A program made the position numbers and the translations under genes. Shown here in pieces: positions 26,217 to 38,812 of a stretch of 64,000 bases of DNA. This DNA is from Eledone cirrhosa (lineage: Eukaryota): the NCBI GenBank assembly GCA_964016885.1, contig OZ024750.1, forward strand, positions 36,456,001 through 36,520,000. The letters are read 5' to 3'. The notes under the pieces are model-generated. The model saw only the letters and a program-made list of their open reading frames with translations. It was not told the origin of the DNA and did no database searches. The first letter of the stretch is position 1; the number at the start of each line of letters is the position of its first letter.

Positions 26217-26374
26217 ATATTTATTAAAATTACAGATTAAAGTTTAAGCAAAGAATCACTGCTTTCACCCTTAACGGGATCTTCTGAAACTAAAACTTTA
26301 TTTTCAGAAGATTCTGTTAAGGGGGAAAGCAGTTATTCTTTGCTTCAACTTTAATCTGTTATTTTAATAAATAT
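26217..26374. repeat. long inverted repeat (~73 bp arms, ~12 nt spacer) containing a decayed hammerhead-like core
   Basis: The left arm atatttattaaaattacagattaaag...cttctgaaa is the reverse complement, with several mismatches, of tttcagaag...ttttaataaatat. On minus the left arm reads CAGAAGA-TCCCGTTAAGGGT-GAAA. Confidence 0.85.
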
Positions 26375-26412
26375 ATGTGTGTGTGTGTGTGTACATACAC
26401 ATATACATACAT

Positions 26413-29400
26413 ACGATGGCTGCAAACTCTGCTAAGAATATTGCAATCGCTTCAGATGTGTGATGCTCGGATATGGCTTTTCAAGCCTGCATGAGACTTC
26501 CACTCCTTACCACATTATGACAACTATGGATCTCCCTGGCCTCAGGTCTTACATCAGGTTGCCTGTGAACCTTCACAATACCGTGGAGATCATAGTTCAC
26601 TGGTTCTCTTTGAACATGGCTGCAACTGTGACTTGTGAGACCAAGCAAATTTTTCCACACTCAGGGCACTTCAATTCAATGGAGAGACCGATCGCTTCGA
26701 GAAATACACCAAGGCATTGCTTACGCACATCCCGTTTGATCTTCTCGTGCTCTATGCATCTGTCCTCAAAATTATGGACCCCATCATTCACCATTCCATG
26801 CCAAGTTTCTCTTTCAAGAGCTTCTATCTCCCAGTCAGCCATCATCAAACCAGTTTTTTTTCAATGAGTCCTTTACCTGTGAGCCTTGGCCTGTGAGGTC
26901 ATCTCTTTCCCTCACAAAGCTCGCCAAAAGTTGTTTTTGGATTCGATCATCCTCCATTCTGCAGAGGTGTCCGGTCCATCACAAACGCCGTTGGTGGATG
27001 ATACTCTCAATGCTCCGACACTTACTTCTCTCAAGGACCTCAACATCACTCATGCATCTGCCACCTGATACCAAGCAACTTTCTGAGACTCTGCTGATGA
27101 AATCGTTCCAGTCTATGGATATGTAGGCAACCCATGTGTCACATGTATACAGCAAAGCTGACAGTACACATGCAGCATACACTCTCACTTTGGTCTTCAT
27201 TGTGATTCCTTGCCTGCACCAGAGATGGTCGCTGAGCCTTCCAAATGACTCACTCGCTTTGCTAACATGCAGACCAACTTCTGCATCCACAGAGCAGGTC
27301 ACACTGAGAGTACTCCCCAAATACACAAATCTATCAGCAACCTTCAGCTTTTGACCATATACATACATGGAGGGTTCATTGAAAACTTTATCTGGAGCAG
27401 GTTGGTACATGATGACAGTCTTCTTCAGACTGATTGTCAGTCCCAAAGCAGTGCACGCATTGGAAAAAAAATCCATAAGGTGTTGCATGTCACTCTGGGA
27501 ATGTGCAAAGAGATCACAATCATCTGCATACAGAAATTCTCTGATCAAGGTACTCAGTACCTTAGTGTTGGCAGTGAGACATCTGAGGTTGAACAGCTTT
27601 CCGGAAGTGTGATATCTGTGATAGATACTGTGTTGACAATCCCTGAAGGCCATGAAGAACATCATTGCAAAATACAAGGCAAACAAAGTTGGTGCAGGTA
27701 TATCACCTTGCTTGACACTATTTTCAATTGAGATTTACCCATGCCTGCATGTCATCGTGGAAGAGCTTCAGTATGTTCACAAACTTTTCAGGACAGCCCA
27801 ATCTCTCCAAAATAACCCAGAAAGCCTTCCGATTTACGGTGTCAAATGCCTTGGTCAGATCGACAAAAACTTGGTATAAGTCCATGCGCTATTCAATGCA
27901 TTTCTCTTGAAGTTGTTTGGCTGAGAAGACCATGTCAACAGTGCTTCTGCCATTCCTAAAGCCACATTGGGACTCAGGAAATACCTCAACAGCAATGTGC
28001 TGTATCAATCTGTCCCCAAAAAATCCTGTACAAGATCTCTCCCAGCCATAGATAGTAGTGAAATACCTCTGTAGTTGCCACAGTCATATTTGGCCCCTTT
28101 CCTTTGTAAAATACCCCCATCAATGCATCTTTCCAGTTCTGTGGTACACTTCTTCATTCCAAACATTCACAAAGAGATCAATGAGGAGGTTGAAGATCTC
28201 GGCACTCAGTCCATCCATTCCAGGTGACTTGCCGCTGTTTAATTTGACAATGGCTTTCGCCACCTCATCAAATGAAGGAGGATCAACCATTGCCAGCTTC
28301 GTAGGTCTGGATGGAATTGACCGAATGAACTCATCATCGATTTCTGATGGTCTGTTGAGGAGCTCATCAAAGTGGTCATGCCACCTGATCAGGATTTCCT
28401 TCAGATCTCTGAGCAATTCCTTGCAGTCCCCGGAGCGAAGTGGTGATATTTGTGGATCGGTTGGACCATACATCTCCCTGAACAGACTGTATAAGAGATT
28501 TATATCATGTCTATCTGAGGCCTTCTGAATTTCGTCAGCCTTTTTTCTCCACCAGGTATCCTGCATGGTTCTCAATCAATGTTGCACACGTGCCTTGATC
28601 TGCCTGAAGATCTCGTCACTCCTGCCAGAACGTGTCTCACACAACAATGATGTCAGCATTTTTTTGTTTCTCTTCAAGCAAGGTCTGGATCACTGCATCA
28701 TTTTCATCAAACCAGTCCTTATGCTTTCTATTGGTATGACCTAAAACTCCAGCTCTAACATCACAAACAGTTCTCTTCAATGATTCCCGTGTGTTTTCAC
28801 ATTCCATGGACTCAAGGGACTTCGACAGCTCAGCTCTGACTTCTGACTTCAGATGAGCCACGTTTAGTCGCTTTGGAAGTGCAACCTTCTTCCCCCTTAC
28901 TTTGGGCTTCACAACAAATTGAAATTAGGCGTGCACCAGACGATTGTCAGTCCAACATTCCGTGCCTTGCAATACATGAACAAATGTGATATCCCTGATA
29001 TTACGTTTCCTCATTAAAACAAAGTCAATAAGGTGCCACTTCTTGGAACCTGGACGCATCCAAGTTGTCTTATATTTGTTTTTCTGCTGAAAGAGTGTGT
29101 TCCCAACAACAAGATCCATTTCAGCACACATCTGCAACAGAAGTAGGCCATTGCTATTGCACTTACCTACTCCATGCCTGCCCATCACACTCCAAGCTTC
29201 CCAGTATTACCAACACATGCATTAAAATCACCACAAATGACAATCTTCTCTGCATAAGGTATACAATGGATGACCTCTTTCAAAGACATGTAGAAATCTA
29301 TTTTTTCATTATCACTAGCACACATAGTAGGAATGTACACACTGACCAGAGTCACAAAGCGGTTTTGAATCAGAGGGACTCTCATGGACATTATCTGATC

Positions 29401-30299
29401 ATTGAATCCACAAGGAAGATTTTCCAGCTTTGACACAATTCTATTCCTGGCAGCAAATATGACCCCTGCCTCTCTTTTACAACCCTCTGCTCTACCACTC
29501 CAATAGAAGGTATATCCTCCCTTCTGTTCTGAGAATTGACCTTCACCTGCCAATCTCGTTTCTGAAAGAACAACGATGTCCATGTTATAGTGATTGAGTT
29601 CCCTTGTCACCAAAGCAGATCTTCTTTCAGGGCGAGTTTCACTGGATTGGGAATCAAGTAAAGTTCTTACATTCCAGCATCCAATATTCAGAGGTTTGAA
29701 CCTCTTTGCAGTTGCAGGATGATGACCGGGCCCACGCTGCGGTACCACGGAACACCTGCAGGGCCAGACCCCTTCACAATAAGTTCCAGAGCTCTTATTG
29801 CCATTGACTTCAATGTCATCATTTGTCATTATAGAGTTTGGTGCACTTTTAGGCAGCGGCCAGCCACACAAACCTGTAACAGATCTTGAACAAGCAATGC
29901 CTGTGCTTTGAAGGTTTTTTTAAGTGGGGAAAGACCTTCCACTCGACCAATCCCACTCTCTGAGCATTGAAAACACTACCCGAAAAGGAGAACTGGTCAA
30001 CATCATCGGATGCTTCTGAAGCCACAGATTTTTTTCAGATTTCCCTCTCCGAGAAAGGTGTTGTGACAAGTGATGGCCTTTCTCTCCCAGATGAAAAAAA
30101 AAAGTACCATTTGGATGGCTGTTGACTCTGCTGAGTTCTTCCGCCCTTTGCCAGGTCTTATATTTCATCCCACAGGGAGTCCAAATATCACCCTCCTCAC
30201 CAAGCAAGCTTGGTGGGGTTGCCAGTTTAGTCACCGATGACCCAACCATGAGACAAGTTATACTGGGTTACATGTTACCAGTAGCACTCAAGAGTGACC
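26413..30299 (-). mobile_element. near full-length decayed RTE (BovB-like) LINE: 5'UTR, APE endonuclease, RT, C-terminal C2H2-like zinc fingers
   Basis: APE: [42 protein letters not shown]: GKSPGMDGLSAEI, EFLYADDCDL, FVYLGS. C-terminus: LKCPECGK and a second C..CGK..KSHAGLKSHIR remnant. Flanked by TATG/TACA microsatellite. Confidence 0.93.
30222..30299 (-). ncRNA. candidate decayed HDV-like ribozyme at the RTE 5' end
   Basis: Possible P1 GUCACUC/GGGUCAU (G-U first pair, 1 mismatch), P2 CCAGU/ACUGG, P3 AAC/GUU, and J4/2 CUAA just before P2'. Located at the element's 5' boundary. Confidence 0.4.
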
Positions 30300-30819
30300 T
30301 GATATATACATACCTGTATATACATACATATACATACCTGTACACACACACAATATTGATGATTGATAATGATATAAAGTTGTTAAAGTATATTTAAAAA
30401 AAAGTTTTCTTACTGAGAATTAAAGAGAAATTTAGATTGAATCTAAGGTTGTAAGTTAAATTAGTTTTTAGGCCTGTCAACAATTTCTAAAAGGTCTTTG
30501 ATATAACAATGAATGACTCCATTAGATAATTTCATTTTAATTAATTCAAACATTTATTTGATTATGAAGGGGATAGATATTAGCTATCACGTTAAGAGGT
30601 CAGACAGATCAGCTTATCTTGTCTAGCTCGTACATTCAACTTTTTGAATTGGATTTTTATTGTTGGATGCTCTTCTCAATGTTAATCACGTGACAGGGTG
30701 GGTTAGGTGTCTTTTGTCATGACAGCAGTATGGCAATCTTACAGGGTGGACTGGATGTTTTTGTCATAGCCCCAGAATGATCCCCTTACAAGATGGACTG
30801 GGTGTTTTTTGTCATATCT

Positions 30820-31135
30820 TGTTGTTGTTGTTGTTGTTGTTGTTGTTCTTCTTCTTCTTCTTCTTCTTCTTCTTCTTCTTCTTCTTCTTCTTCTTCCTCC
30901 TCCTCCTCCTCCCCCCTCCTCCTCCTCCTCCCTCCTCCTCCTCCTTTTTCTTCTTCTTAAGAGGGTCGTGAGAGCAAAATTGTCAAAAACTTCTTCCAGC
31001 TGGTCCTGTCAGAAGCAACCATCTCCAACTGATCTGGCTGGATCTCCATGCGAGACCAGCCAAGCTCAGCGTCTACCGCTGGGTCTCCTACCTGTTGGTT
31101 TTGCCCATAAAATCTGTCCAGCGATTCTTTCCTTT
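30820..31135 (-). mobile_element. RTE LINE 3' end (family with (GAA)n tail) plus expanded trinucleotide tail
   Basis: EIQPDQLEMVASDRTSWKK. Related copies at ~41595-41755 (-) and 48641-48872 (+). Confidence 0.7.
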
Positions 31136-31787
31136 TGTCATGTAAAAAGTAAGATTTTTCCATAAGTATCCAAAAGTATTTATTCAATGGATTATATGGT
31201 TTATTACAACTATTTTAAATATTAATACTAAAATATTATTACTAAAATGATAGACCTACAAAATCTGTTTGAAATAAAATATCTAGATTTGATTACATTA
31301 TAACATTTCTATCAGAGTTATATAGGTATTATATGCAGTTATTAATAAAACAAACAACACAGCTAGTCAAATTTTAGGATGCTGGTTTGTTGATTGATAT
31401 GATAATAATTTCTATTGTAATATTATTCTTGAGATAAGATGTTGACAATGACATATATCAAATAACTGATAAGTGCACCTATTTATAAATATGTAACATG
31501 GAAAAGTGACAGTTGAATTAAATTGCAACTAGACAAAACTGAAGTAGAATGAAATTTTAGTGTCAGTTTAAGCATATTTTAGATTTAAGAAAACCAATCA
31601 GGAACTATTAAATTCATATTTTTTTCTTCAATTGGTGACTTTCTTTACTCTTTGTAAACATTCTGCTGATAACCAAGATTCTAATTTCAACATCATTGTT
31701 TAAATTATGGAATGTAATCACCCTGTCACTAAAGCAATTACTGTTTGTTATTGCAATATATAAATATATATATATGTTGATGATGAT

Positions 31788-31826
<39 letters not shown>

Positions 31827-31877
31827 GAAGTGGTTTCACAACAGTTAGTTCACCATACCGAGAACAATTGTCCATTA

Positions 31878-31915
31878 CGAGCTGAGGATCCGCTAAGGTG
31901 AAACAATTGTTCTCG
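31878..31915 (+). ncRNA. minimal type I hammerhead ribozyme inside an inverted repeat (31825-31949)
   Basis: CGAG CUGAGGA UCCGCUAAGGU GAAA CAAUUG UU CUCG: stem I CGAG/CUCG, palindromic stem III, GUU triplet. Confidence 0.72.
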
Positions 31916-31965
31916 GTACGGTGAACTAACTGTTGTGTAACCACTTCTACCTAACTCGTCCCATG

Positions 31966-32468
31966 GACGGTGAATTGGCAGTATCGGTAGAGGGTCGGAC
32001 ATGCTTTCCAGCATAGAGTTACGTCCCTTTATGATCTGAGTTCAAATCCGGCCGAGCTTAACTTTGCCTTTCATCCTTACGGGGTCGATAAAATAAAGTA
32101 CCAGTAATGGTAATTGCTGGTCTTGTGCCTAAAATAGAAACAATTAAATTTAATACTCAAATCTCCTGATCTAGTTATTGTTTCTCTACCCCTGTTCTAT
32201 TATTCTATGTTGTTATTTGGCCCTATCTCACTAAGTATTTGATCATAACCAGTCTGTATTATTTCCTTTTGTATTAGGGTGGTGGATTGGCAGTATCGGT
32301 AGGGGGTCGGACGACATGCTTTGACGCATAGAGTTACGGCCCTTGCCATTCTGAGTTCAAATCCTGCCGAGGTTAACTTTGCCTTTCATCCTTATGGGGT
32401 CGATAAAATAAAGTACCAGTAATACACTGGGTAATTGCTGGCCTTGTGCCTAAAGTAGAAACAATTAT
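31966..32468 (+). mobile_element. two Nin-domain SINEs (about 31966-32145 and 32277-32468)
   Basis: Family B motifs. Confidence 0.85.
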
Positions 32469-33938
32469 TTCCTTTTGTATTACTAGAACTCTATTATCCC
32501 AAATGTCAATCATTTTTTTTATCATTAGAGGAGTAGAAATGATTTTAAAGAATTTGTTTGCTATTTTTAATAGGTTGAACAACTACATAGAGGCTCTTGA
32601 CTTGGAATTAAACTGCTTAGAATTAAAATAAATATGAAGTATTGAATAGAAATAAATAATCTGTGTGTGTGTGTATAAATTATTGGCAAATTTTTATTTC
32701 TTTTGTACCCAGTGTGCACTGTAAAGTGGTAGTGCCAGTTCCACAAAAAAATACACCCAGTACTGGCTGTAAAGTTGTTGGTGTCGGGGAGTGTATCCAG
32801 CTATAGAAACTATGTCCAAATGGAATGTATGGGCAAGGCATAGACATCCAATCTGTCAAATATCACTATGTGACAACCCATCTAACCAATGCCAACATAG
32901 AAAACAGGCGTTTAACCCTTTAGCATTTACATTTCTTTATATTTACTATCGTATTTTCATGGTAAACACATAATTATCTCATATAATATCGAATCTACTA
33001 TATTTTGATATTATATGGTGATGTCGATAAAGATGACCACAATGATGATGATGATATATGTATGATTCTAAGACCATCCTTCATACAAAAATACAAAATA
33101 TTTATTTTTTATAGCGCAAATTGGTCGAAAATATATTGGTTGAAAGATGTTAATAGAAAATCAAATTTGAAGAAAATTTTATTTGTAGAAATACAAAATT
33201 TCATCTAATGACAAATTCCTTAAAAACATATTAATGAAAGAAAGTTGTAAAATATTTGACAAAATTTTAAAGATTTTCAAAGAAATAAGTAACAAAATAA
33301 TGCTCTGATTTATTGTTATGTGAAGCAGATGTTAATAAGGTTGTAAACTCCAAAAATTTAGAAATTATTAATATATAAATCAGAATTAATAGATTATATT
33401 TAATCTATACAACTTGATATCAGGTTGTCGAAGTTATTTGTGATAACCATAAAATATTAACACTCGCATCATAAAATTGCTAGTGTCCTTCAGAAAAGTA
33501 TGCTAAACACACTCACACATACACCATAGACAAGCACACACACTCACATATATGTTATTTAATGATGGTTTTATGAAGGGGATCAGAAAAAAAAACACAG
33601 TTAGATAAGGTACTCAATATGTTTGTAGAGAAGAAACATATTTATTTTGTATAGAAATGAATGCTACAGAACTTGAACTGTTCCATTCAGACAACATCAT
33701 TAGAAATGTCCATTCCTGAGAATTTCATACTAATGAAACAGTTTTAGCCCTGTAGAAGTAATTTCTATACATCAAGGGATCTATTGAGTAGCTTGGAAAA
33801 TATTAGAGAAACTGTCCTTCAGGAAGTTAGGGCGTCATAAACCCCCCACCCCACCCACCCCACACACACACCACTCATACATATAAAGTAAAGTGTATTT
33901 ATATATTTTTTATTTTTATTTTTTATTAGCCTCGAATC

Positions 33939-34277
33939 TATGAGAATGGGCTGAAAAGTTCATAGGCTGACTATGAAGGATTAATACTAGAGCTGTGAAA
34001 TCTTGCTTGCATTCAATTCTTCCTATTTATAACTGCATTGTTTCTTTCTAGCGACTCTGTTGAAAATAAACCTCATTTGGTCATTCCATGAGAGTATCTT
34101 GGTCAGTTGATGAAGGAGTAATGTTAGAGCTGTGAAATCTTGCTTGCATTAATTTCAACTCTTCCTATCAATAACTGCATTGTTTCATTCAAGGGACACT
34201 ATTGAAAAATAAACCTCATTTGGTCATTCCATGAGAGTATCTTGGTCAGCCTCTGAACCTTTCAGCCAACCCTTGTA
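33939..34277. mobile_element. Tc1/mariner-type MITE with internal tandem duplication
   Basis: Same family as 16666-16858, with TA at both ends. The internal ~140 bp block (gaagga...ggtcattccatgagagtatcttggtcag) is present twice. Confidence 0.7.
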
Positions 34278-34434
34278 CAATGACTCAAGGTCCTGAAGTT
34301 TCTTTCAATGCACTTATCAAAGCATAGTTTTAATGAATGGGCTGTGTTCTCTCTATAAAGAATGAAGGATATAATTTAGATAACAGTCCTAGATACATCA
34401 GTGTTGTCATAGCTAAAATACTTTGATCACTGTA

Positions 34435-35276
34435 GACACATGGCTTAGTGGTTAGCGCATTGGCCTTACAATCGAAAAGTTGTGAGTTCAATTCTCAGAC
34501 AGGGTGATGTGTTGTTTCCTTGAGCAAGACACTTTATTTCACATTGCTCCAGTTTACTCAGCTGTAGAAATGAGATGATAGGACTGGGCCCCATATCATT
34601 CAACTGTAAAGTGGTCGTGGAGGTACCACAGAAAAAAGCAACCAGCACTCACTGTGAATGAGGTTGGTGTTAGGAAGGGCACCCAACAGTAGAAATCAAG
34701 CCAGAATCAGTTCCCGTCCCACCCTTGCAAGCAGGGAAAAGCGGACGTAAAATGATGATGATGATGATGATGATTGATTTAGTCAATCACAGTTGATGTA
34801 GTGTTATACAATCATGAATAACTGATATATCTTTTTATCAACGTTTAGCAATAAACAGACGTGAAAATCTAAAATTAAGATGGAAAAATGAAGATGAGAA
34901 GAATAAAAACCCGTCTGTTCCATGAAGGCACCATGTTGTTTTGGTGGAATAAATAAAATGGCATTCACAGTATCAAACGCAACAAACATAATAATCAATG
35001 TATGACTGAAGAAAGAGATATTTTTAAAATCTTATCAGCTACAACATAATCTCATTTACAGTGAGTGCTGGGTGCTTTTTTTCCGTGGCGTCTACACATC
35101 CACTGGAATGATAGGGACCCCAGTCCTATCATCTCATTTCTACAGCTGAGTAAACTGGAGCAATGTGAAATAAAGTGTCTCGCTCAAGGAAACAACACAT
35201 CACCCGGTCCGAGAATTGAACTCACAACCTTTTGATTGCAAGCCCAATGCTCTAACCACTAAGCCATGCGCCTTCC
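34435..35276. mobile_element. SINE family A copies (34435-34772 +, ~35050-35276 -)
   Basis: Family A motifs in opposite orientations. Confidence 0.85.
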
Positions 35277-35277
35277 T

Positions 35278-35308
<31 letters not shown>

Positions 35309-35655
35309 GATTGATTTTGAGTATATGTTGGTTTTATACCAATACCTCAGTATGCAGGCTGGAGCACTCGACGAAGTGCGCAGGTTGGTTTGGTTACTCC
35401 GGAGTAATGTAAAATAAAGTAAAATAAAGTCAAATGTTTAAAATTTATGATTCCAGTTCCTCAGTGAAATAACAACCCGACCAGGAACTGGGCATATCAG
35501 AGTATTGACAAAATTATACACCTCAACAACATATGTACTTGTCTATACCACACTAAATCGGACTGCCTGAAGAGGTCACAGTCAAAGATGGCTGTCACCG
35601 AAATATATATATATATAAAATAAAGTCAAATGTTAAAAATTTAGCTTCGTTTATT

Positions 35656-35710
35656 ACTGCTATATATATTTCGGTGACAGCCATCTTTGACTGTGACCTC
35701 TTCAGGCAGT
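35656..35710 (-). ncRNA. type I hammerhead ribozyme, with an inverted partial copy at 35554-35612
   Basis: Minus strand reads ACUGC CUGAAGA GGUCACAGUC-AAAGAU-GGCUGUCACC GAAA UAUAUA UA GCAGU, then AAUAAA. Confidence 0.85.
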
Positions 35711-35734
35711 CCGATTTATATATATATATATATA

Positions 35735-35922
35735 GGGCGGTTGATTGGCAGTATCGGTAGAGTGTCGGACGCCATGCTTTCCAGCATAGTTACGTCCCTT
35801 TACGATCTGAGTTCAAATCCCGCCGAGGTTGACTTTGCCTTTCATCCTTATGGGGTCGATAAAATAAAGTACCAGTAATGTACTGGTAATTGCTGGCCTT
35901 GTGCCTAAAGTAGAAACAATTA
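35735..35922 (+). mobile_element. Nin-domain SINE (family B)
   Basis: Full family B consensus. Confidence 0.88.
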
Positions 35923-35944
35923 TATATATATATATATATATATC

Positions 35945-35983
<39 letters not shown>

Positions 35984-36031
35984 TTATATATATATATATT
36001 ATATATATATATATCATTATATATATATATA

Positions 36032-37515
36032 TCAGGAAAAAGTACCACAGACGCTCTTTTCATTGTACGACAACTACAGGAGAAGTACCTAGCTAAAAGT
36101 AAACCCCTATACTTAGCTTTCGTCGACTTGGAGAAGGCCTTCGACAGAGTCCCCCGTTCCATTATCTGGTGGGCTCTTAGAAAACTAGGTGTTGATGAAT
36201 GGCTTGTGAGAGCTATACAAGCCATGTATAAAGAAACAGTCAGCAAGGTTAGAATTAACAACGAATATAGTGAAGAGTTTAGTGTAAAAGTTGGTGTTCA
36301 TCAGGGCTTTGTTCTTAGCCTCCTACTATTTATTATCGCCCTCCAGGCTATAACAGTGGAGTTCAAGACCGGCTGCCCATGGGAACTCCTATACGCAGAT
36401 GATCTAACGCTCATAGCTGAATCAATGGCCGAGCTAGAGAAGAAATTCCAAACATGGAAGCACGGCCTAGAATCAAAAGGCCTTAAAATTAACATGGCTA
36501 AGACTAAAGTTCTAGTTTGTAAGAAAGAAAATAAGGCGCGGTCCCCTCCGGGAAGTGGCCATGCGCAGAGTGTAGGAAAGGCGTAGGTAGAAATTCCATT
36601 TTGTGTCCCAAATGCAAAGTTTGGGTGCATAAAAGATGTAGTGGGATCACAGGTAAGCTAACTAAGAACATAGATTTTACATGTGGCCGGTGTTCTTGGG
36701 CAATAAGTAGCAGCAAGTGCCCACTGAATACTAGCTCTTTCAACTGCGCAGAGGGTTCTATAGAAATAGTGGACAGCTTCCGTTACCTGGGTGACAAAAT
36801 CAGCAGTGGAGGAGGGTGCTCTGAAAGTAGAGTAGCTAGAGTCAGAACTGGGTGGAAAAAATTCAGAGAGCTTATACCACTATTAGCCGCTAAAGGGTTC
36901 TCCCTAAAAATGAAAGGCAGGTTGTACGATGCCTGCATACAAACAGCAATGTTGCATGGCAGTGAGACCTGGGCATTGTGTGCAGAGGATATACGCAGAC
37001 TAGAGAGAAACGAAGCTTGCATGCTCCGCTGGATGTGTTATAGCAATATACGTGAACGACAAAGCATAAACGAACTAAGGAAAAAATTAGAAATAAGAGG
37101 GATCAGATGTTGTTTACTAGAGAGAAGGCTACGTTGGTATGGTCACGTGATGCGCATGAAGGACGATAGCTGTATAACAAAGTGCAGGGCAATAAAGATA
37201 GACGGTAGCCACGGAATAGGCAGACCCAGAAAAACCTGGGACGAGCTGATAAACTCCGACCTCACACACTTACACCTCACCAAGACAAAAAAACACACAG
37301 TCCACGCTGTAATGTGGCCGTGTAGGCAACACGGTAAAAACCTCCCAGACCCACACTGTAAATGTGGTTGGTGTTAGGAAGTGCATCCAACTGTAGAAAA
37401 CCCGCCAGACAGTCCTATGCGAGCAAGACTCTTGCCTCAAGTGGGAAAACTCCTGTCCAAACCCATGCAAGCGTGGAACACGGACGTTAAACGTTGATGA
37501 TGATGATGATGATGA
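36032..37515 (+). mobile_element. 5'-truncated RTE LINE with PHD-in-RT (same family as 547-1973), one frameshift and a 3' internal deletion
   Basis: VDLEKAFDRVPR, GVHQG, LLYADDL, PHD region (frameshifted), FRYLG and GRPRKTW. The ORF end is joined directly to the distal 3'UTR; (GAT)n tail. Confidence 0.92.
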
Positions 37516-37569
37516 TATCATTATATATATATATATATATATATCATTATATATATATATATATATATC

Positions 37570-37638
<69 letters not shown>

Positions 37639-37827
37639 TTATATATATATATATATATATCATTATATATATATATATATATATCATTATATATATATAT
37701 ATATATATATCATTATATATATATATATATATATATCATTATATATATATATATATATAATGATATATATATATATATATATATCATTATATATATATAT
37801 ATATATCATTATATATATATATATCAT

Positions 37828-37859
<32 letters not shown>

Positions 37860-37953
37860 ATCATTATATATATATATCATTATATATATATATATTATAT
37901 ATATATATCATTATATATATATATCATTATATATATATATATATATATATATC

Positions 37954-38000
<47 letters not shown>

Positions 38001-38043
38001 TTATATATATATATCATTATATATATATATATATATATATATC

Positions 38044-38094
<51 letters not shown>

Positions 38095-38116
38095 TTATAT
38101 ATATATATATATATAT
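37516..38116. repeat. compound (TA)n/ATCATT microsatellite
   Basis: atatatatcatt repeated over ~600 bp; the same motif occurs at 35922-36031. Confidence 0.95.
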
Positions 38117-38362
38117 CTGTTAATGGAAGTATTAAAGATGATTGCAAGAATGAATCAATGTTTTGCAATGAAAGGTACTTACCAAAATTGAATGTAGATG
38201 AAAAACAGAAAGTTATGATCAATTATGAACTAGCTCTTGTGTGGTCTTGTTTCATAGAAACTGAACCTAGCCTGAGTGGGTTGATATCAAGTCTTAAAAT
38301 TGCTATATTAATAATAAACTAATGGCTACGTTTAGAGTTGTAGATTATAATTTCAAAATGAG

Positions 38363-38812
38363 TCATCATCATCATCATCATCACCGTTTTACGTCCGTTC
38401 TTCCACGCTAGCATGGGTTAGACGGGTTGTCCTGTTGTGGGCAGTGTCTGGTCGGCCGACCATGCCTTGCTCATACAGGAACTGATCTGGCTTGATTTCT
38501 ACAGCTGGATGCCCTTCCTAACACCAACCTCATTTACAGTGAGTGCTGGGTGCTTTTTCGTGGAGCCTACACGTCCACTTTACAGTGAGTGCTGGGTGCT
38601 TTTTCGTGGCGCCTACATGTCCACTTTACAGTGAGTGCTGGGTGCTTTTTCTTGGCGCCTACACGTCCACTTTACAATGAGTGCCGGGTGCTTTTTCGTG
38701 GCGCCTACACGTCCACTTTACAGTGAGTGCTGGGTGCTTTTTCGTGGCGCCTACACGTCCACTTTACAGTGTGGGCTGGGTGCTTTTTTGCCGTGGCTCC
38801 TCCACGACCACC
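38363..38812 (-). mobile_element. SINE family A 3' part with an expanded ~45 bp internal minisatellite
   Basis: About 6 copies of tttacagtgagtgctgggtgctttttcgtggcgcctacacgtccac next to the RTE-like tail. Confidence 0.85.
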
